In this document: one piece after another, positions 63,859 to 64,000 of the stretch
How the letters are laid out: each line of letters opens with the position of its first letter
How positions within the stretch are numbered: the first letter of the stretch is position 1
Origin: Armatimonadota bacterium
Lineage (GTDB): Bacteria; Armatimonadota; HRBIN16
Direction of reading: 5' to 3'
Length of the DNA: 64,000 nucleotides
Assembly (NCBI GenBank): GCA_963677485.1
Contig: OY781964.1
Span: 2,368,001-2,432,000 of the forward strand
Notes under the pieces: model-generated
What the model saw: the letters and a program-made list of their open reading frames with translations, nothing else
The model's database searches: none
What the model was told of the DNA's origin: nothing
Position numbers and translations under genes: made by a program

Positions 63859-64000
63859 GTGCGATCCACACCACGACCCGACAAAGTCGCAGAGGTTGCT
63901 CAAGTCCGCGCCCTACTGGAAAGCTCCAAAGGCGTGATCTTCACCGAGTATAAAGGACTTACGTTCGCGCAAGTCACTATGCTTCGGGCTAAGCTTCGCG
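63859..64000 (+). CDS. rplJ: 50S ribosomal protein L10 (3' truncated by window)
   Basis: AAGGAGG RBS; MRSTPRPDKVAEV...IFTEYKGLTFAQVTMLRAKLR. Confidence 0.93.
   Translation, partial: MRSTPRPDKVAEVAQVRALLESSKGVIFTEYKGLTFAQVTMLRAKLR

Overview
GC-rich bacterial chromosome segment, possibly Armatimonadota (inference from gene style and the SecA insertion, not verified). Housekeeping genes (hisC, secA, aspartokinase, pyrG, tRNA-Tyr/Thr-tuf-rpmG-tRNA-Trp-secE-nusG-rplKA-tRNA-Val, start of rplJ) alternate with carbohydrate-related accessory genes. These include an AlgI/AlgJ-type O-acetylation set, GT39, GT2, a deacetylase, GH36, four tandem secreted GH99/GH71-like paralogs and three tandem putative TIM-barrel paralogs. 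Also present are an orphan glycyl radical enzyme and a HepT/MntA toxin-antitoxin pair. Most long spacers are mosaics of short palindromic repeats. Highlights: (1) a 1.66-kb single-gene element whose protein has Rep_trans-like (rolling-circle) motifs plus a wHTH. It is inserted at TTAG inside a palindromic repeat, and an uninterrupted empty-site copy lies 3.4 kb away. (2) A ~220-nt multi-hairpin element in three diverged copies with compensatory changes. (3) Several tandem paralog arrays with conserved coupling junctions, mosaicism and a relic of a lost copy. All calls come from reading motifs by eye; no database searches were run.
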